A DNA stretch of 64,000 nucleotides from an uncultured bacterium. GTDB lineage: Bacteria > Muiribacteriota > Ozemobacteria > Ozemobacterales > Ozemobacteraceae. The stretch spans positions 65,213 through 129,212 of the forward strand of contig CAZQUE010000003.1 in the NCBI GenBank assembly GCA_964596185.1, read 5' to 3'. The position numbers and the translations under genes were made by a program. The stretch's first letter is position 1. Each line of letters starts with the position of its first letter. The notes beneath the pieces were generated by a model. It saw nothing but the letters and a program-made list of their open reading frames with translations. It was not told the origin of the DNA and searched no databases. Positions 38,062-46,881 of this stretch are shown here, one piece after another.

Positions 38062-40584
38062 ATGGGCTTAGAAAACAAAAGCCGGGCGGCGAACCCGGCA
38101 ATGACACAAAGCGATGACATTAAATTACAAAGGGATTATACCACAGAAACAGGGCTGAAAGCTCGTTTTTCCATGTTTAAAAACTGTTTGGCTACTACGC
38201 CAGCCGGTGAGACTACCCTTGAACAACTGGCGGCAGATATTCAAGGCGGCAAGTGGCGGCCAGTAGTTGAACCACTTCGCGGCATGACTGCCGAAGAATA
38301 CAGTCAGAATAAACGCAACCTGCCAGCCGTCGCCTTTGGCGGCACTTTTGTCCGGCGCAAAAAAGATGCTCTGGTAAAACCTTCCGGGCTGGTGGTTCTC
38401 GACATAGACCATATCGACCCGGCTGAGCTGGCGGAAGCAAAAGCGAGGCTGACAGCAGACCCGCATACCTTCATTTGTTTTGTTTCACCTTCCGGGAATG
38501 GCCTGAAAGCGGTTTTCTCTGCCGACTTCTCAGATGACGCTACATTCAAGCGGGCGTATCGAGCCATTGCTAACTACCTGAAAGAAAAGCACAGCCTGAC
38601 GCTCGACGAAAGCGGGAAGGACGTTTGCCGCCTCTGCTTTGTCAGCTATGACCCCGAAGCCTATTACAATCCCGATGCAGTTCAATTTTGCTATGAAGTT
38701 GCAACTGCTGACGAGGCAATTTCAAAAACTACCGCCCTTGAATCTGCCCCGCTACCAGTTGCCAGCAATAGCAATGAAAAGTATGTCTTGTCCGCTCTGG
38801 CTGGCGAGCTTGAAAGAGTTACCAACGCGAATAGCGGAGAAGGAAACTCTGCTTTGAACACAGCAGCAATGAAAGTTGCACAGCTTTTTCATCTTGGATT
38901 TTTCGACAAGAACGAGATCAAAACCAATTTTGTTAATGCCTATCTTGCGCGAGGCGGTTCACATAAAGACAGCGCGGAAGCAGGAAAAACTTTTGATAGT
39001 GGCTGGAACAAGGGCATAAAAGAGCCAAGAACGCCTGAACCGACAGAAGCCAACCGACAACATGCCGAACAACTCAAAGCCGAACCGTGGGAAAAACCGA
39101 TTTGCTTTCTCGACAAATTGAAGTTGCCGAAATTCCCGGCCAACCATTTGCCGGGCTCAATACGGGAGTATGTAGAAAATGTTGCGGCCAGCAGACAGGT
39201 GCCGGTTGACCTTCCGGCCTTACTTGCTATCGCTGTGGCTGGCGCGGCAGGCGCGAGAAAATACCGCGTTTATATTGGCGAGTCACACTCTGAGCCGCTA
39301 AATATATGGACTGCTATAGCCATGCCGCCGGGCAGCCGTAAGTCAGATACTTACAATGACATTGTTGAGCCTTTATACATAGAACAGCGAAAGCGTTCAG
39401 CAGAATCAAAGCCGCTGATAGAGCTTGCAAAAGCAGACGCAGAGTTGTTAAAAAAGCGGAAGGACGCAGCACTCACCCGGTCAGTTAAGAGTGAATCGGC
39501 AAAGCAGGAATATCTTGAACTCTGCCAGCAAAGCATTGAGATACCTCCCTTTCCGTGTCTGGTAGCTTCTGGTGATACTACCCCGGAAGCGGCAGCAGAA
39601 TTGTTGTGCGAACAAGGCGGAAAGATTGCTTTTATGGATACTGAGGGCGGTTTGTTTGGAATTATTGCCGGTAGATATGACAGCAACAGTGAATCAAATC
39701 TTGACGTGTGGCTGAAAATGCACGCAGGCGATGAATTAAGCGTTCACAGGAGAAATAAACCGCCGATAGAGGTTTCAAAACCTGCCGGAACGATTGCCGT
39801 TACAGTTCAGCCGTCAGTCATTAAAGACCTTGCTGCGAAAAAGGGGTTTAGAGATCGGGGCTTACTTGGCAGGTTTCTTTATGCCATTCCAGAAAGTCTG
39901 GTTGGAACCCGATTATACAAGAACAGACCAATAAACAGACAGAAACAGACCGCATACTTTGCAGCGATACACTCTATTTGCAATCAACCAGAAGCAAAGC
40001 CAGCAAACGAATACGACAGCCAGCCACATCACCGCTTGTATTTGCGCGGCGATGCTCTTGAGATATGGAAAGAGCTTTATAATGACGTAGAACAGAGGCA
40101 GGGTAAAGGCTGCGACTTAGAGAATATATCAGATTGGGCTTCAAAGTGTGCGGGGGCGGTGGCCAGAATTGCCGGAATCTTTCATATTATCGAAACGGGC
40201 GGCGACCCTCAGCAGAATGAAATATCTCTCGAAACAATAAGCGCAGCATACGAAATATGCAGACTTCACCTTATTGAACATGCCAAAGCAGCTTATGGCT
40301 TGATGAGTATGGGTTCAGAATACCATCTTGCAAAAGACATTCTTGCGTGGATAGCCGCAAACAAAAAAGAATCTTTCACCGTCAGAGATTTTTGGGCGGG
40401 TAACCGAAGCAAGGCAAAAAGCAGCGACGCGCTTTTACCATCGTTTGATTTTCTGGTTGATCGAGAAATCTTGCGCGAAATACACGAAACAAATAACAGG
40501 CGCGGCAGGAATCCAAAACACAAATACTCGATAAATCCCGCTTGTAAGAACTGTTTCAGGTGCTTGAACGATGGGCAAATTTAA
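38062..40584 (+). CDS. element replication protein: N-terminal archaeo-eukaryotic-type primase (prim-pol) fused to DUF3987/D5-like P-loop helicase region
   Basis: AEP motifs VVLDIDHID (DxD) and SPSGNGLKAVF (sGxG motif). PriCT-like RLCFVSYDP. C-terminal P-loop-like AMPPGSRKSD. 840 aa; such proteins are typical of P4-like and integrative elements. Confidence 0.65.
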   Translation: MGLENKSRAANPAMTQSDDIKLQRDYTTETGLKARFSMFKNCLATTPAGETTLEQLAADIQGGKWRPVVEPLRGMTAEEYSQNKRNLPAVAFGGTFVRRKKDALVKPSGLVVLDIDHIDPAELAEAKARLTADPHTFICFVSPSGNGLKAVFSADFSDDATFKRAYRAIANYLKEKHSLTLDESGKDVCRLCFVSYDPEAYYNPDAVQFCYEVATADEAISKTTALESAPLPVASNSNEKYVLSALAGELERVTNANSGEGNSALNTAAMKVAQLFHLGFFDKNEIKTNFVNAYLARGGSHKDSAEAGKTFDSGWNKGIKEPRTPEPTEANRQHAEQLKAEPWEKPICFLDKLKLPKFPANHLPGSIREYVENVAASRQVPVDLPALLAIAVAGAAGARKYRVYIGESHSEPLNIWTAIAMPPGSRKSDTYNDIVEPLYIEQRKRSAESKPLIELAKADAELLKKRKDAALTRSVKSESAKQEYLELCQQSIEIPPFPCLVASGDTTPEAAAELLCEQGGKIAFMDTEGGLFGIIAGRYDSNSESNLDVWLKMHAGDELSVHRRNKPPIEVSKPAGTIAVTVQPSVIKDLAAKKGFRDRGLLGRFLYAIPESLVGTRLYKNRPINRQKQTAYFAAIHSICNQPEAKPANEYDSQPHHRLYLRGDALEIWKELYNDVEQRQGKGCDLENISDWASKCAGAVARIAGIFHIIETGGDPQQNEISLETISAAYEICRLHLIEHAKAAYGLMSMGSEYHLAKDILAWIAANKKESFTVRDFWAGNRSKAKSSDALLPSFDFLVDREILREIHETNNRRGRNPKHKYSINPACKNCFRCLNDGQI

Positions 40585-40925
40585 TTTCGTGTATTTCGTG
40601 CTAATTCGTGTTTTCGGGTTACACGAAAATAAAAGCCCGGAAACCCTCATCAGAAAAGAAAAGGCTAACCATCGCCTGAATTTCGTGTATTTCGTGTCTA
40701 ATTTCGTGTGTAATTTCGTGTGTTTGGTGTATTTCGTGCTTAGATGCGAAATGAAGCTTTCTTCTTCTCTTACACTCTCTACAAGCGAGTTTTAGCAACA
40801 TGAAGCCAGTAAGCGAAGTCATTAAAAATAAAATCTATACACGAAATACACTTAATACACGAAATGCCTGTAACCTTGATTGCAAGCAGAGTATTTTCGT
40901 GTATCCGCATTACACGAAATTGCAC
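40585..40925. repeat. iteron array: at least 13 copies of the 7-8-mer TTTCGTG(T)/ (A)CACGAAA in both orientations; candidate origin of replication of the element
   Basis: ATTTCGTGTATTTCGTGCTAATTCGTG ... ACACGAAAAT ... ATTTCGTGTATTTCGTGTCTAATTTCGTGTGTAATTTCGTGTG ... TACACGAAATACAC ... TACACGAAATGCC ... TTTTCGTGTATCC ... TACACGAAATTGCACGAAATAG, immediately downstream of the primase gene. Confidence 0.7.
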
Positions 40926-40958
40926 GAAATAGAAAAAGACGTTTTGCCAGCTCAGGTT

Positions 40959-41369
40959 ATGGCAGGCAAAACACAAAATGAAAGTTTGCAGCCCTCTGGC
41001 GCGACTCAAAATACCCCGGCCATGCCCGAACATGGCAACGCAGAACAAAACGCAGCACAAGCCACGCCAGCGCGACAGCCAGAAGATGACGCTGAAAGGC
41101 TGGCAGCATGGGAGCGCGGCGAATGGGTAACGATACCGCATACCGCTGAATCGCTTGAAATATACCGGGCACTTGAACTTGAGCACAGAGCAAATCAGGC
41201 TGGCAGGCCGGAGGTAGCAGAAGAACTCAGCCGGGCGCTGACGACAATCGACCAGATCGACCAGCAGCAAAGGCCAGATGATTTTGACTTTGCCCTGTCG
41301 GTTTTGAGATCGGTTACAGAAGATGCCGCGAGTCACTTGACAGGCAAACGAGAACGAGCAGCGGCATGA
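40959..41369 (+). CDS. hypothetical protein (Ala/Gln-rich N-terminus)
   Basis: Track ORF 40800..41369 begins inside the iteron array. The internal Met at 40959 is more plausible. Confidence 0.35.
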   Translation: MAGKTQNESLQPSGATQNTPAMPEHGNAEQNAAQATPARQPEDDAERLAAWERGEWVTIPHTAESLEIYRALELEHRANQAGRPEVAEELSRALTTIDQIDQQQRPDDFDFALSVLRSVTEDAASHLTGKRERAAA

Positions 41370-41468
41370 TGATTAGATTTTTATTCTTTTTGATATGTGC
41401 CAGTCTTTTCATTCTGGACGACTGGAACGACTTGGCGTAGCCAACAGCTCAGAACACACGGAGGTAAC

Positions 41469-41993
41469 ATGAGCAAAGCAGAGACACAGAGCGCAGTAAT
41501 TGTAATAGACACCAGAGAGCAGCAACCATACCGCTTTCTTTGTGAGTCAGTCAGATCGGCATTAAAGACCGGAGACTATAGCCTGATCGGACTCGAAACA
41601 ACCATAGCGATAGAGCGCAAATCCCTGAACGATTTCATTGGTTGCATAACTGCCAGCCGAGAACGGTTTGAAAATGAACTGAGCCGGGCTGACTCTCTCG
41701 AAAGATTTTGGGTGGTGATTGAATCTACCTTAACCAGTATCGAGAAGGGGTTATACCGTTCAAGGGTGAATCCTGAATCTGTGCTTGGCACTCTTGCCGC
41801 ATGGTCGAACCGCCACAAGGTGAGCTTTGTTTTTGCTGACAATCGACAGACCGGCCAGAAGATGACCGAGCGATTATTGAAACATGCGTGGCTTGAACAC
41901 CTCAAAAAGCAGGCGGCAAATCATCAGCTTTCTGAAAACAGCACCGATAATATCAAAACTCGGCTGCAAAAGAATTATGAGGCGCGGCCATGA
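41469..41993 (+). CDS. ERCC4-type (XPF/Mus81/Hef-like) nuclease domain protein
   Basis: VIVIDTREQ ... GDYSLIGLETTIAIERKSLNDFIGCITASRERFENEL matches the ERCC4 signature (D.RE ... GDY ... ERK...D). Shine-Dalgarno GGAGG lies before the ATG at 41469. Confidence 0.6.
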   Translation: MSKAETQSAVIVIDTREQQPYRFLCESVRSALKTGDYSLIGLETTIAIERKSLNDFIGCITASRERFENELSRADSLERFWVVIESTLTSIEKGLYRSRVNPESVLGTLAAWSNRHKVSFVFADNRQTGQKMTERLLKHAWLEHLKKQAANHQLSENSTDNIKTRLQKNYEARP

Positions 41994-42688
41994 GCAAACC
42001 AAAGAGCCAAAGGGCAAGAGTCAAGGACGCGGTTGGAAACCTGAACCGGGCGAAGCTGTCAGCAGCAGAATCGGAAGAGAGAGCCGCGCCTTATGATGCG
42101 ATTTTGCAGACTGAATCGACCATGCTGGTTGAACATGGCCGGAAAGAGCTTGCCTTGTCGGAACCAGCGCAGCAGCTTACCGGCGGCGAGATTGTTTCTT
42201 TCGAGGGCAACGATCAGGACGAGATCACAGCCAGAAAATACGAGCACAAGGCAAAAAACCCGACAATGGTTGATGCAGCAGCAAGTCAGACCAGGCTTGA
42301 ACTGGCAGACAAGGCGAAATGCTTAGAGCTTGCCCTTGACGCTGTTCAGGGTATCGAGAATCCGACCGCGATTGAAAAGATGCTGATTCACCAGATGTCA
42401 GCTGCTTATCGGCTTTCAATGAAGCTCATGGAAAAAGCCAACGACTTCAGCTTTAGCAGCATTGGCAAAATTGATATGGATTACTTCAACATGATTCTGA
42501 GTCAGGCAACTAGGTTAATGAATACCTACCAGTCAGGTATGCTTGCCTTATCGAAGTCACGCAACGGCGGAAAGCAGGAAGTAGTTGTCCAGCACATTCA
42601 AGTAACTGGCGATGCAAAAGCTATTGTCAGCGGCAAGATGAATACTTTACCTGCCGGGGGGCAAGGTGGGGCTGATGACAAAGAATGA
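41990..42688 (+). CDS. hypothetical protein (element-encoded)
   Basis: 232 aa, start overlapping the upstream stop. No confident domain call. Confidence 0.4.
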   Translation: MSKPKSQRARVKDAVGNLNRAKLSAAESEERAAPYDAILQTESTMLVEHGRKELALSEPAQQLTGGEIVSFEGNDQDEITARKYEHKAKNPTMVDAAASQTRLELADKAKCLELALDAVQGIENPTAIEKMLIHQMSAAYRLSMKLMEKANDFSFSSIGKIDMDYFNMILSQATRLMNTYQSGMLALSKSRNGGKQEVVVQHIQVTGDAKAIVSGKMNTLPAGGQGGADDKE

Positions 42689-42965
42689 CAAACAACCCCA
42701 TGCAATCGAGAATTTTCGGAATATCCCGCGCTGTGGTGCCAGAACCAGAAGCGGCAAACCTTGTCACAACCCATGTGTTAAAGGAAAAAAGCGTTGTCGC
42801 ATGCACGGCGGCGCTGCTGGTTCTGGCGCGCCGAAGGGCAACAAAAATGCTTTGAAGCATGGCGGCAGATCGACAATGATAATTGATAACAGAAAGCACT
42901 TAAATAACGTCATGCGGAAAATGCGACAGCTCATAAAGCAGATGGAAGCTGATAAAAAGGACTGA
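42666..42965 (+). CDS. small basic Cys/His-containing protein with GNxNAxKHGG motif (putative DNA-binding / small-terminase-like)
   Basis: RCGARTRSGKPCHNPCVKGKKRCRMHGGAAGSGAPKGNKNALKHGG. Highly basic. The function is not established. Confidence 0.4.
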   Translation: MGLMTKNDKQPHAIENFRNIPRCGARTRSGKPCHNPCVKGKKRCRMHGGAAGSGAPKGNKNALKHGGRSTMIIDNRKHLNNVMRKMRQLIKQMEADKKD

Positions 42966-43631
42966 TTGACCTATGCCGGGCAGCGGGTTATATTTGAGGT
43001 AGAGATGCTCTTACCTGAGAACGCGCTAGGGGAATCCTCTTTATCGAGGTTTTGACTGGACTGCGCCCTGTCTAAGAGCATCTTCTTATTTTTTTCGGCT
43101 TGTCATTTATGAGGTAATTGGATACATTTTAATAGAAGGCGCTGTCCGATGTGTAGCACCGGTCTATAGGGGCGGGAACGGTTTCGGACGTAAGCTGAGG
43201 CGGTCAGCGTTCTTCTTGAAGATGCTCAGTTGGCACCCGCCGATTTTCGTTCTGCAGGTCGATGCGGTGGTAAGTTTACTAGGGGTGACCTTAGTATCCA
43301 ATGCGGCTGAGTGTCTTCACCTTAAAGCCTTCGCGGGGTTATCGTTTAACCTTAACTGGCTACTCGGTGCCAAGATACCCGAAGGCTGTTCTTGAAAGAG
43401 TCCGAAAACGGGGCACTTACTTTTGGTAATCCCGGAGTCCATCTTTTTGGGCGTAGGACTCTTTCCCGTTTTAGCGAGATGCTTTATCTGGCCGCCACAA
43501 TTTCTATTTGACTTCCCGGCAGATCGGCAACATATTCTTGCCAGACCCGGCCACAAATCTTGATAGCAAAATTATCTTAAAACAGTTTTTGGAAGCATCG
43601 AAAATAGACCGGGGAAAAATCGAGCGCGAGA

Positions 43632-43660
43632 CACAAAATAGTATAACTTTGTGGTATAAC
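43632..43660 (+). repeat. 29-bp subterminal direct repeat (attR side), partner of 34593..34621
   Basis: CACAAAATAGTATAACTTTGTGGTATAAC. Confidence 0.6.
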
Positions 43661-43711
43661 TCTTGAATTTCAAAACCATAAAATCAGCAATAAAGCCGGA
43701 CTCCGGCGACA

Positions 43712-43734
43712 GTTCGACCCCGACTTCCGGCACT
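43712..43734 (+). repeat. attR: 23-bp direct repeat of the tRNA-Leu 3' end
   Basis: GTTCGACCCCGACTTCCGGCACT is identical to 34463..34485. The upstream T-stem bases are not conserved, so it is not a functional tRNA. Confidence 0.8.
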
Positions 43735-43736
43735 CG

Positions 43737-43769
43737 AAACCCCGTATTCAATGCGGGGTTTTGTTTTTT
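43737..43769 (+). terminator. Rho-independent terminator immediately after attR (AAACCCCG-loop-CGGGGTTT then T-run); probable ancestral tRNA-Leu terminator
   Basis: Hairpin plus TTTTGTTTTTT. Confidence 0.6.
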
Positions 43770-44057
43770 CTGTAAGGTTCGTTTTTGCATTATCAAGTGA
43801 CTGAAACAAAATACGGAGAGAGTCGCATCAAAAATATTTTTCAGGTTCAGGTTTAAGGGTTGGAATATTCCTGATGGCCGTAGTGGCAATTTTCAATGAT
43901 TAGTGTATGATGATTTTCACCAAAGCGCTATCTTCTGGTGATTTAATAACTTCATGCAACGATCAGCAAAACAGAAACGTAGTTTAGCGGAAAGCGCATC
44001 TAGCATCGCAAAAGTCTTTTTCATTCGAAAACTATATTTGGGAGGAATTGGGGAGTT

Positions 44058-44807
44058 ATGGAAGGAAAATTGTTTTATTTGCTGGTAATATCTGTTGCCA
44101 TTCTTGTCTTTGCCCACGCAGCTAAAGCAAGCCAAAAAGCAGTAATGGCAGATTCTTCGGACAATTGGAAAATTGCACTGGAAACATTTGCCGGCCCACA
44201 CGTCCTTGAAATTGTCGGCGAGTCTGGTGGCATCCCGTCCGGTAATTTTGAGCGTGTTTTCAGCGGCACCGTTGCTTTTATTGATTCAAAGGGCTTTCAA
44301 AGCCCCGTGATGTGTTCGCAGGAAACCCTTATAGAATGTCGTAATGAAATCATTAACGCTGTTTTTGAAGCCGTCGAAAACAACGGCGGATTTGTTCATC
44401 AGCTTATGGGTGACTGTGTGATTGCCTGCTTTAAAAGAACAAACCACGCAAAAGACGCTTTAAAATGTTTTATGGACATAAAAAAAGAATTGATAGAAAT
44501 CAACAAAAAATTCTCACCGCAAGGAATGCCGGCAACTGAACTCGCGACAGGCATAGATACCGGAGATGTAATAATGATGATTTCCGGCAGCAGAAAAAGA
44601 AAAGTGGTTTCTCTTCTTGGAACACCTGTATTTACTGCTTCGCGCCTTCATCAATTATCTGGGCAAAGTAGCCACAGCGTCCTGTTGTTGGAAAGAATGC
44701 GTGACACCATGGAAGAGAGCATCAAAAAAGACGTCATTGAAGTTGATAAAATTTATGAAAGAGGAGTTTTTGAGCCAGTTGGAGTATTTACCATAAAGGA
44801 TCAATAA
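44058..44807 (+). CDS. small secreted class III nucleotide cyclase domain protein
   Basis: Signal peptide. VAFIDSKGFQS and MGDCVIACF provide the Asp pair. GTPVFTASRLH keeps Arg but not Asn. Confidence 0.55.
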   Translation: MEGKLFYLLVISVAILVFAHAAKASQKAVMADSSDNWKIALETFAGPHVLEIVGESGGIPSGNFERVFSGTVAFIDSKGFQSPVMCSQETLIECRNEIINAVFEAVENNGGFVHQLMGDCVIACFKRTNHAKDALKCFMDIKKELIEINKKFSPQGMPATELATGIDTGDVIMMISGSRKRKVVSLLGTPVFTASRLHQLSGQSSHSVLLLERMRDTMEESIKKDVIEVDKIYERGVFEPVGVFTIKDQ

Positions 44808-44844
44808 ACTAACTAAATTTTAATGATCGCGGAAGATTCACAAA

Positions 44845-45642
44845 ATGAACAAAATTAAAATTGGGAATCAGACAAATTGTAATGTTTCCCCGTTTCTCAC
44901 CTTTGATTTCGCTGTTAAAAACGACTTTGATGCGTTTGAGTGGTTCAGTGATCCGGGAATGGCAGGCTGGAACGAGTCTAGTTTCAGCCCCGAGCAGATT
45001 GATCAAATAAGAGTTACCGGGAAACAAAAAAATATTCGCTTCAGCGTTCATGCGCCATGGCGTGCCGACCCGCTAACCGACGAAGGGCAACAACTGATAT
45101 TGAGAAGTATCGATTTTGCCGAAAAAATTGGCGCTAAGTTGGTCAATACGCATATTTTTCCGGAATATAAGTCGGAGTTTTTTGCCGAAAAGCTGCAAGC
45201 GCTTTTGACAGCAGCAAAAGAAAAAAATCTTTCACTTAGCCTGGAAAATGTTGCTGAATGCTCTCCTGAAAATGTTAATCGCTTGTTTGAATGTCTGGGG
45301 AAATTCCGAGAAACTTATGACTGCGCCGGATTTTGTCTCGATATCGGCCACGCCAATATTTATCGCGAAACCAGGCATAATTACGGCCAATTTCTTGACC
45401 GTATCGATGAAGCTGTTGAGTTGATCCATCTTCATGCTCATGAAAATCATGGTCATATTGATGAACATCTACCGCTGTTTTCGTTATCAAAAGAGCAGAA
45501 TGAAGAACCAGTAAAAAATCTGCTGAGATTCTTAAAAAAGAGGAATTTCAAAGGCTCAATCATTATGGAGCAATGGCCAGATCCACCCGAAACTCTCGCA
45601 AAAGTTAGGAATCATTTGATTGAGCTGTGGCATGCTGGCTGA
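44845..45642 (+). CDS. sugar phosphate isomerase/epimerase (xylose-isomerase-like TIM barrel)
   Basis: Motifs HAPW, LENVAE, GFCLDIGHANIY, HLHAHENHGHIDEH. Confidence 0.65.
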   Translation: MNKIKIGNQTNCNVSPFLTFDFAVKNDFDAFEWFSDPGMAGWNESSFSPEQIDQIRVTGKQKNIRFSVHAPWRADPLTDEGQQLILRSIDFAEKIGAKLVNTHIFPEYKSEFFAEKLQALLTAAKEKNLSLSLENVAECSPENVNRLFECLGKFRETYDCAGFCLDIGHANIYRETRHNYGQFLDRIDEAVELIHLHAHENHGHIDEHLPLFSLSKEQNEEPVKNLLRFLKKRNFKGSIIMEQWPDPPETLAKVRNHLIELWHAG

Positions 45643-45712
45643 TGTGCGGTTTTTGCTTTTAGCTTCGAATGATTGTATCATATTGATCGAGGCTCATAAT
45701 TGAGGAGTAGCC

Positions 45713-46084
45713 ATGGGAGTTTCAGGTCATCTGCAAGACAATCTGATTATTTTCGTTCTTGAAGGTGAGAATAACGTTGAACAGGCGAAAAAAGCTTTTA
45801 TCAATATTTTTTCCGATGAAAGCATCGAGTTTCCATTGCCAGTTCTTGTCGACGCTCGACAATCCAGTCGCAACCGTGAAATGACGGAGGTTGCCGGATT
45901 TGCTGAAGCTTTATTGCGGTTTCGTGAAAAGCTTGGCTCGAAATGCGCTTTAGTGATAAATGAAGAACGACAGGATCCGCTTGGCCTTGAACGTCGTCTC
46001 GCAGCGTTTTCCTTGCGCGAGAAAATTCAGTTTGGCTTGTTTTTTGAACTTGATTCTGCGAAAAACTGGCTTAAACAAGCCTAA
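45713..46084 (+). CDS. hypothetical protein
   Basis: 123 aa. Shine-Dalgarno GAGGAG upstream. Confidence 0.4.
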   Translation: MGVSGHLQDNLIIFVLEGENNVEQAKKAFINIFSDESIEFPLPVLVDARQSSRNREMTEVAGFAEALLRFREKLGSKCALVINEERQDPLGLERRLAAFSLREKIQFGLFFELDSAKNWLKQA

Positions 46085-46098
46085 TTGAGCTGTTTATT

Positions 46099-46386
46099 TT
46101 AATTCTCGGATGATTGGCTACGAATGTATTCAAGCACTTTCGGGTTTTCGTTCTCGAATTTTTTTATTTGAGCTTTTGTTGCAGCCAGTCGAGCTTCTAA
46201 CTCGGCAATTTCTTCTTTAATAACCGCTAATTGGGCCTTTTTTCTTTTCAGATCGGCGATTTCCGTTTCTAATTTATCTATTTCTGCGTTTATCGATTCT
46301 GAAGTTTCAATATCGCAACCAGTAAAAGAAAAAGCTGCCAGAATAAAGATCAGATATAGAATAAAAGATTTAACTCTGACTTTCAC
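46099..46386 (-). CDS. coiled-coil lipoprotein
   Basis: Lipobox FTGC after the signal peptide, then a heptad-rich coiled coil. Confidence 0.45.
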   Translation of the reverse strand: MKVRVKSFILYLIFILAAFSFTGCDIETSESINAEIDKLETEIADLKRKKAQLAVIKEEIAELEARLAATKAQIKKFENENPKVLEYIRSQSSEN

Positions 46387-46655
46387 AGCTCTCGCTCCTT
46401 GAGCATTCTGATCTTGTGCTCCCGATACAGCTCCAATTTTTTCTGGTGTTGAGAGATCTCTTGTCTCAGGCGATCTTTGTGGTCAAGTAGAGTAATATTT
46501 CGCCTGATTTCATCTTTTAAGTTGTGTTGCTCTGTAATCAGTTCGCTGCGCTTCTGTTTCAATTTGCCGGAAAAATCAAAGCAACCATTGAAGAAAAGTA
46601 ATGAGCAGCTCAAAAAGGCCAAAAAAAGTTTTTTTTCAAACCCTTCAATACTCAC
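46383..46655 (-). CDS. coiled-coil lipoprotein
   Basis: Lipobox FNGC. Overlaps the downstream lipoprotein gene by 4 nt. Confidence 0.4.
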   Translation of the reverse strand: MSIEGFEKKLFLAFLSCSLLFFNGCFDFSGKLKQKRSELITEQHNLKDEIRRNITLLDHKDRLRQEISQHQKKLELYREHKIRMLKEREL

Positions 46656-46881
46656 CGTATGAAATTCTCCTGAAGTTTTTTTTATAGTCTCACAAGAACT
46701 GCAAAAAATGCCAACTTTTATTTATCTGGAATCATTTTACCGAAAAAATTTGTCTGACTCGATGAAAAATCGGTAGATTTTCGATTAGGTACCTTGCGGG
46801 GTGGTTTATTGATCATTATGATTAAAAATGTCCGGACTTAAGCATTCCCGGATAAGCGTATAAGATTCAGGGAGACCGAGA

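Larger units (their letters stand above)
34399..43734 (+). mobile_element. integrated ~9.3 kb element (P4/PICI-like satellite or small integrative element) inserted at the 3' end of tRNA-Leu
   Basis: A 23-bp exact direct repeat of the tRNA 3' end (GTTCGACCCCGACTTCCGGCACT) occurs at 34463..34485 and 43712..43734. A P4-type integrase is adjacent to the tRNA. AlpA-like genes, a primase-helicase, iterons and a nuclease are internal, and a 29-bp subterminal direct repeat lies near each end. Confidence 0.8.

Noticed and set aside
40571-40822. Short repeated units that could suggest a CRISPR array; two track ORFs (40571..40795 on plus, 40619..40822 on minus) lie here
   Set aside because: The repeats are 7-8 bp, occur in both orientations, and have no regular spacer architecture. 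They fit iterons, and the ORFs are repeat-induced artefacts with low-complexity translations.
43150-43200. GGGGCGGGAACGGTTTCGGACG resembles the conserved 5' end of tmRNA (GGGG..G....GGATTCGACG)
   Set aside because: No matching 3' tRNA-like acceptor that pairs with it; the downstream TTCGACCCCGAC belongs to the tRNA-Leu att repeat. No tag-peptide reading frame ending in ALAA-stop. Judged a chance resemblance.
43712-43734. Second tRNA-like fragment
   Set aside because: Only the 3' 23 nt match tRNA-Leu. Upstream bases cannot form the T-stem, so it is the att repeat rather than a tRNA gene.
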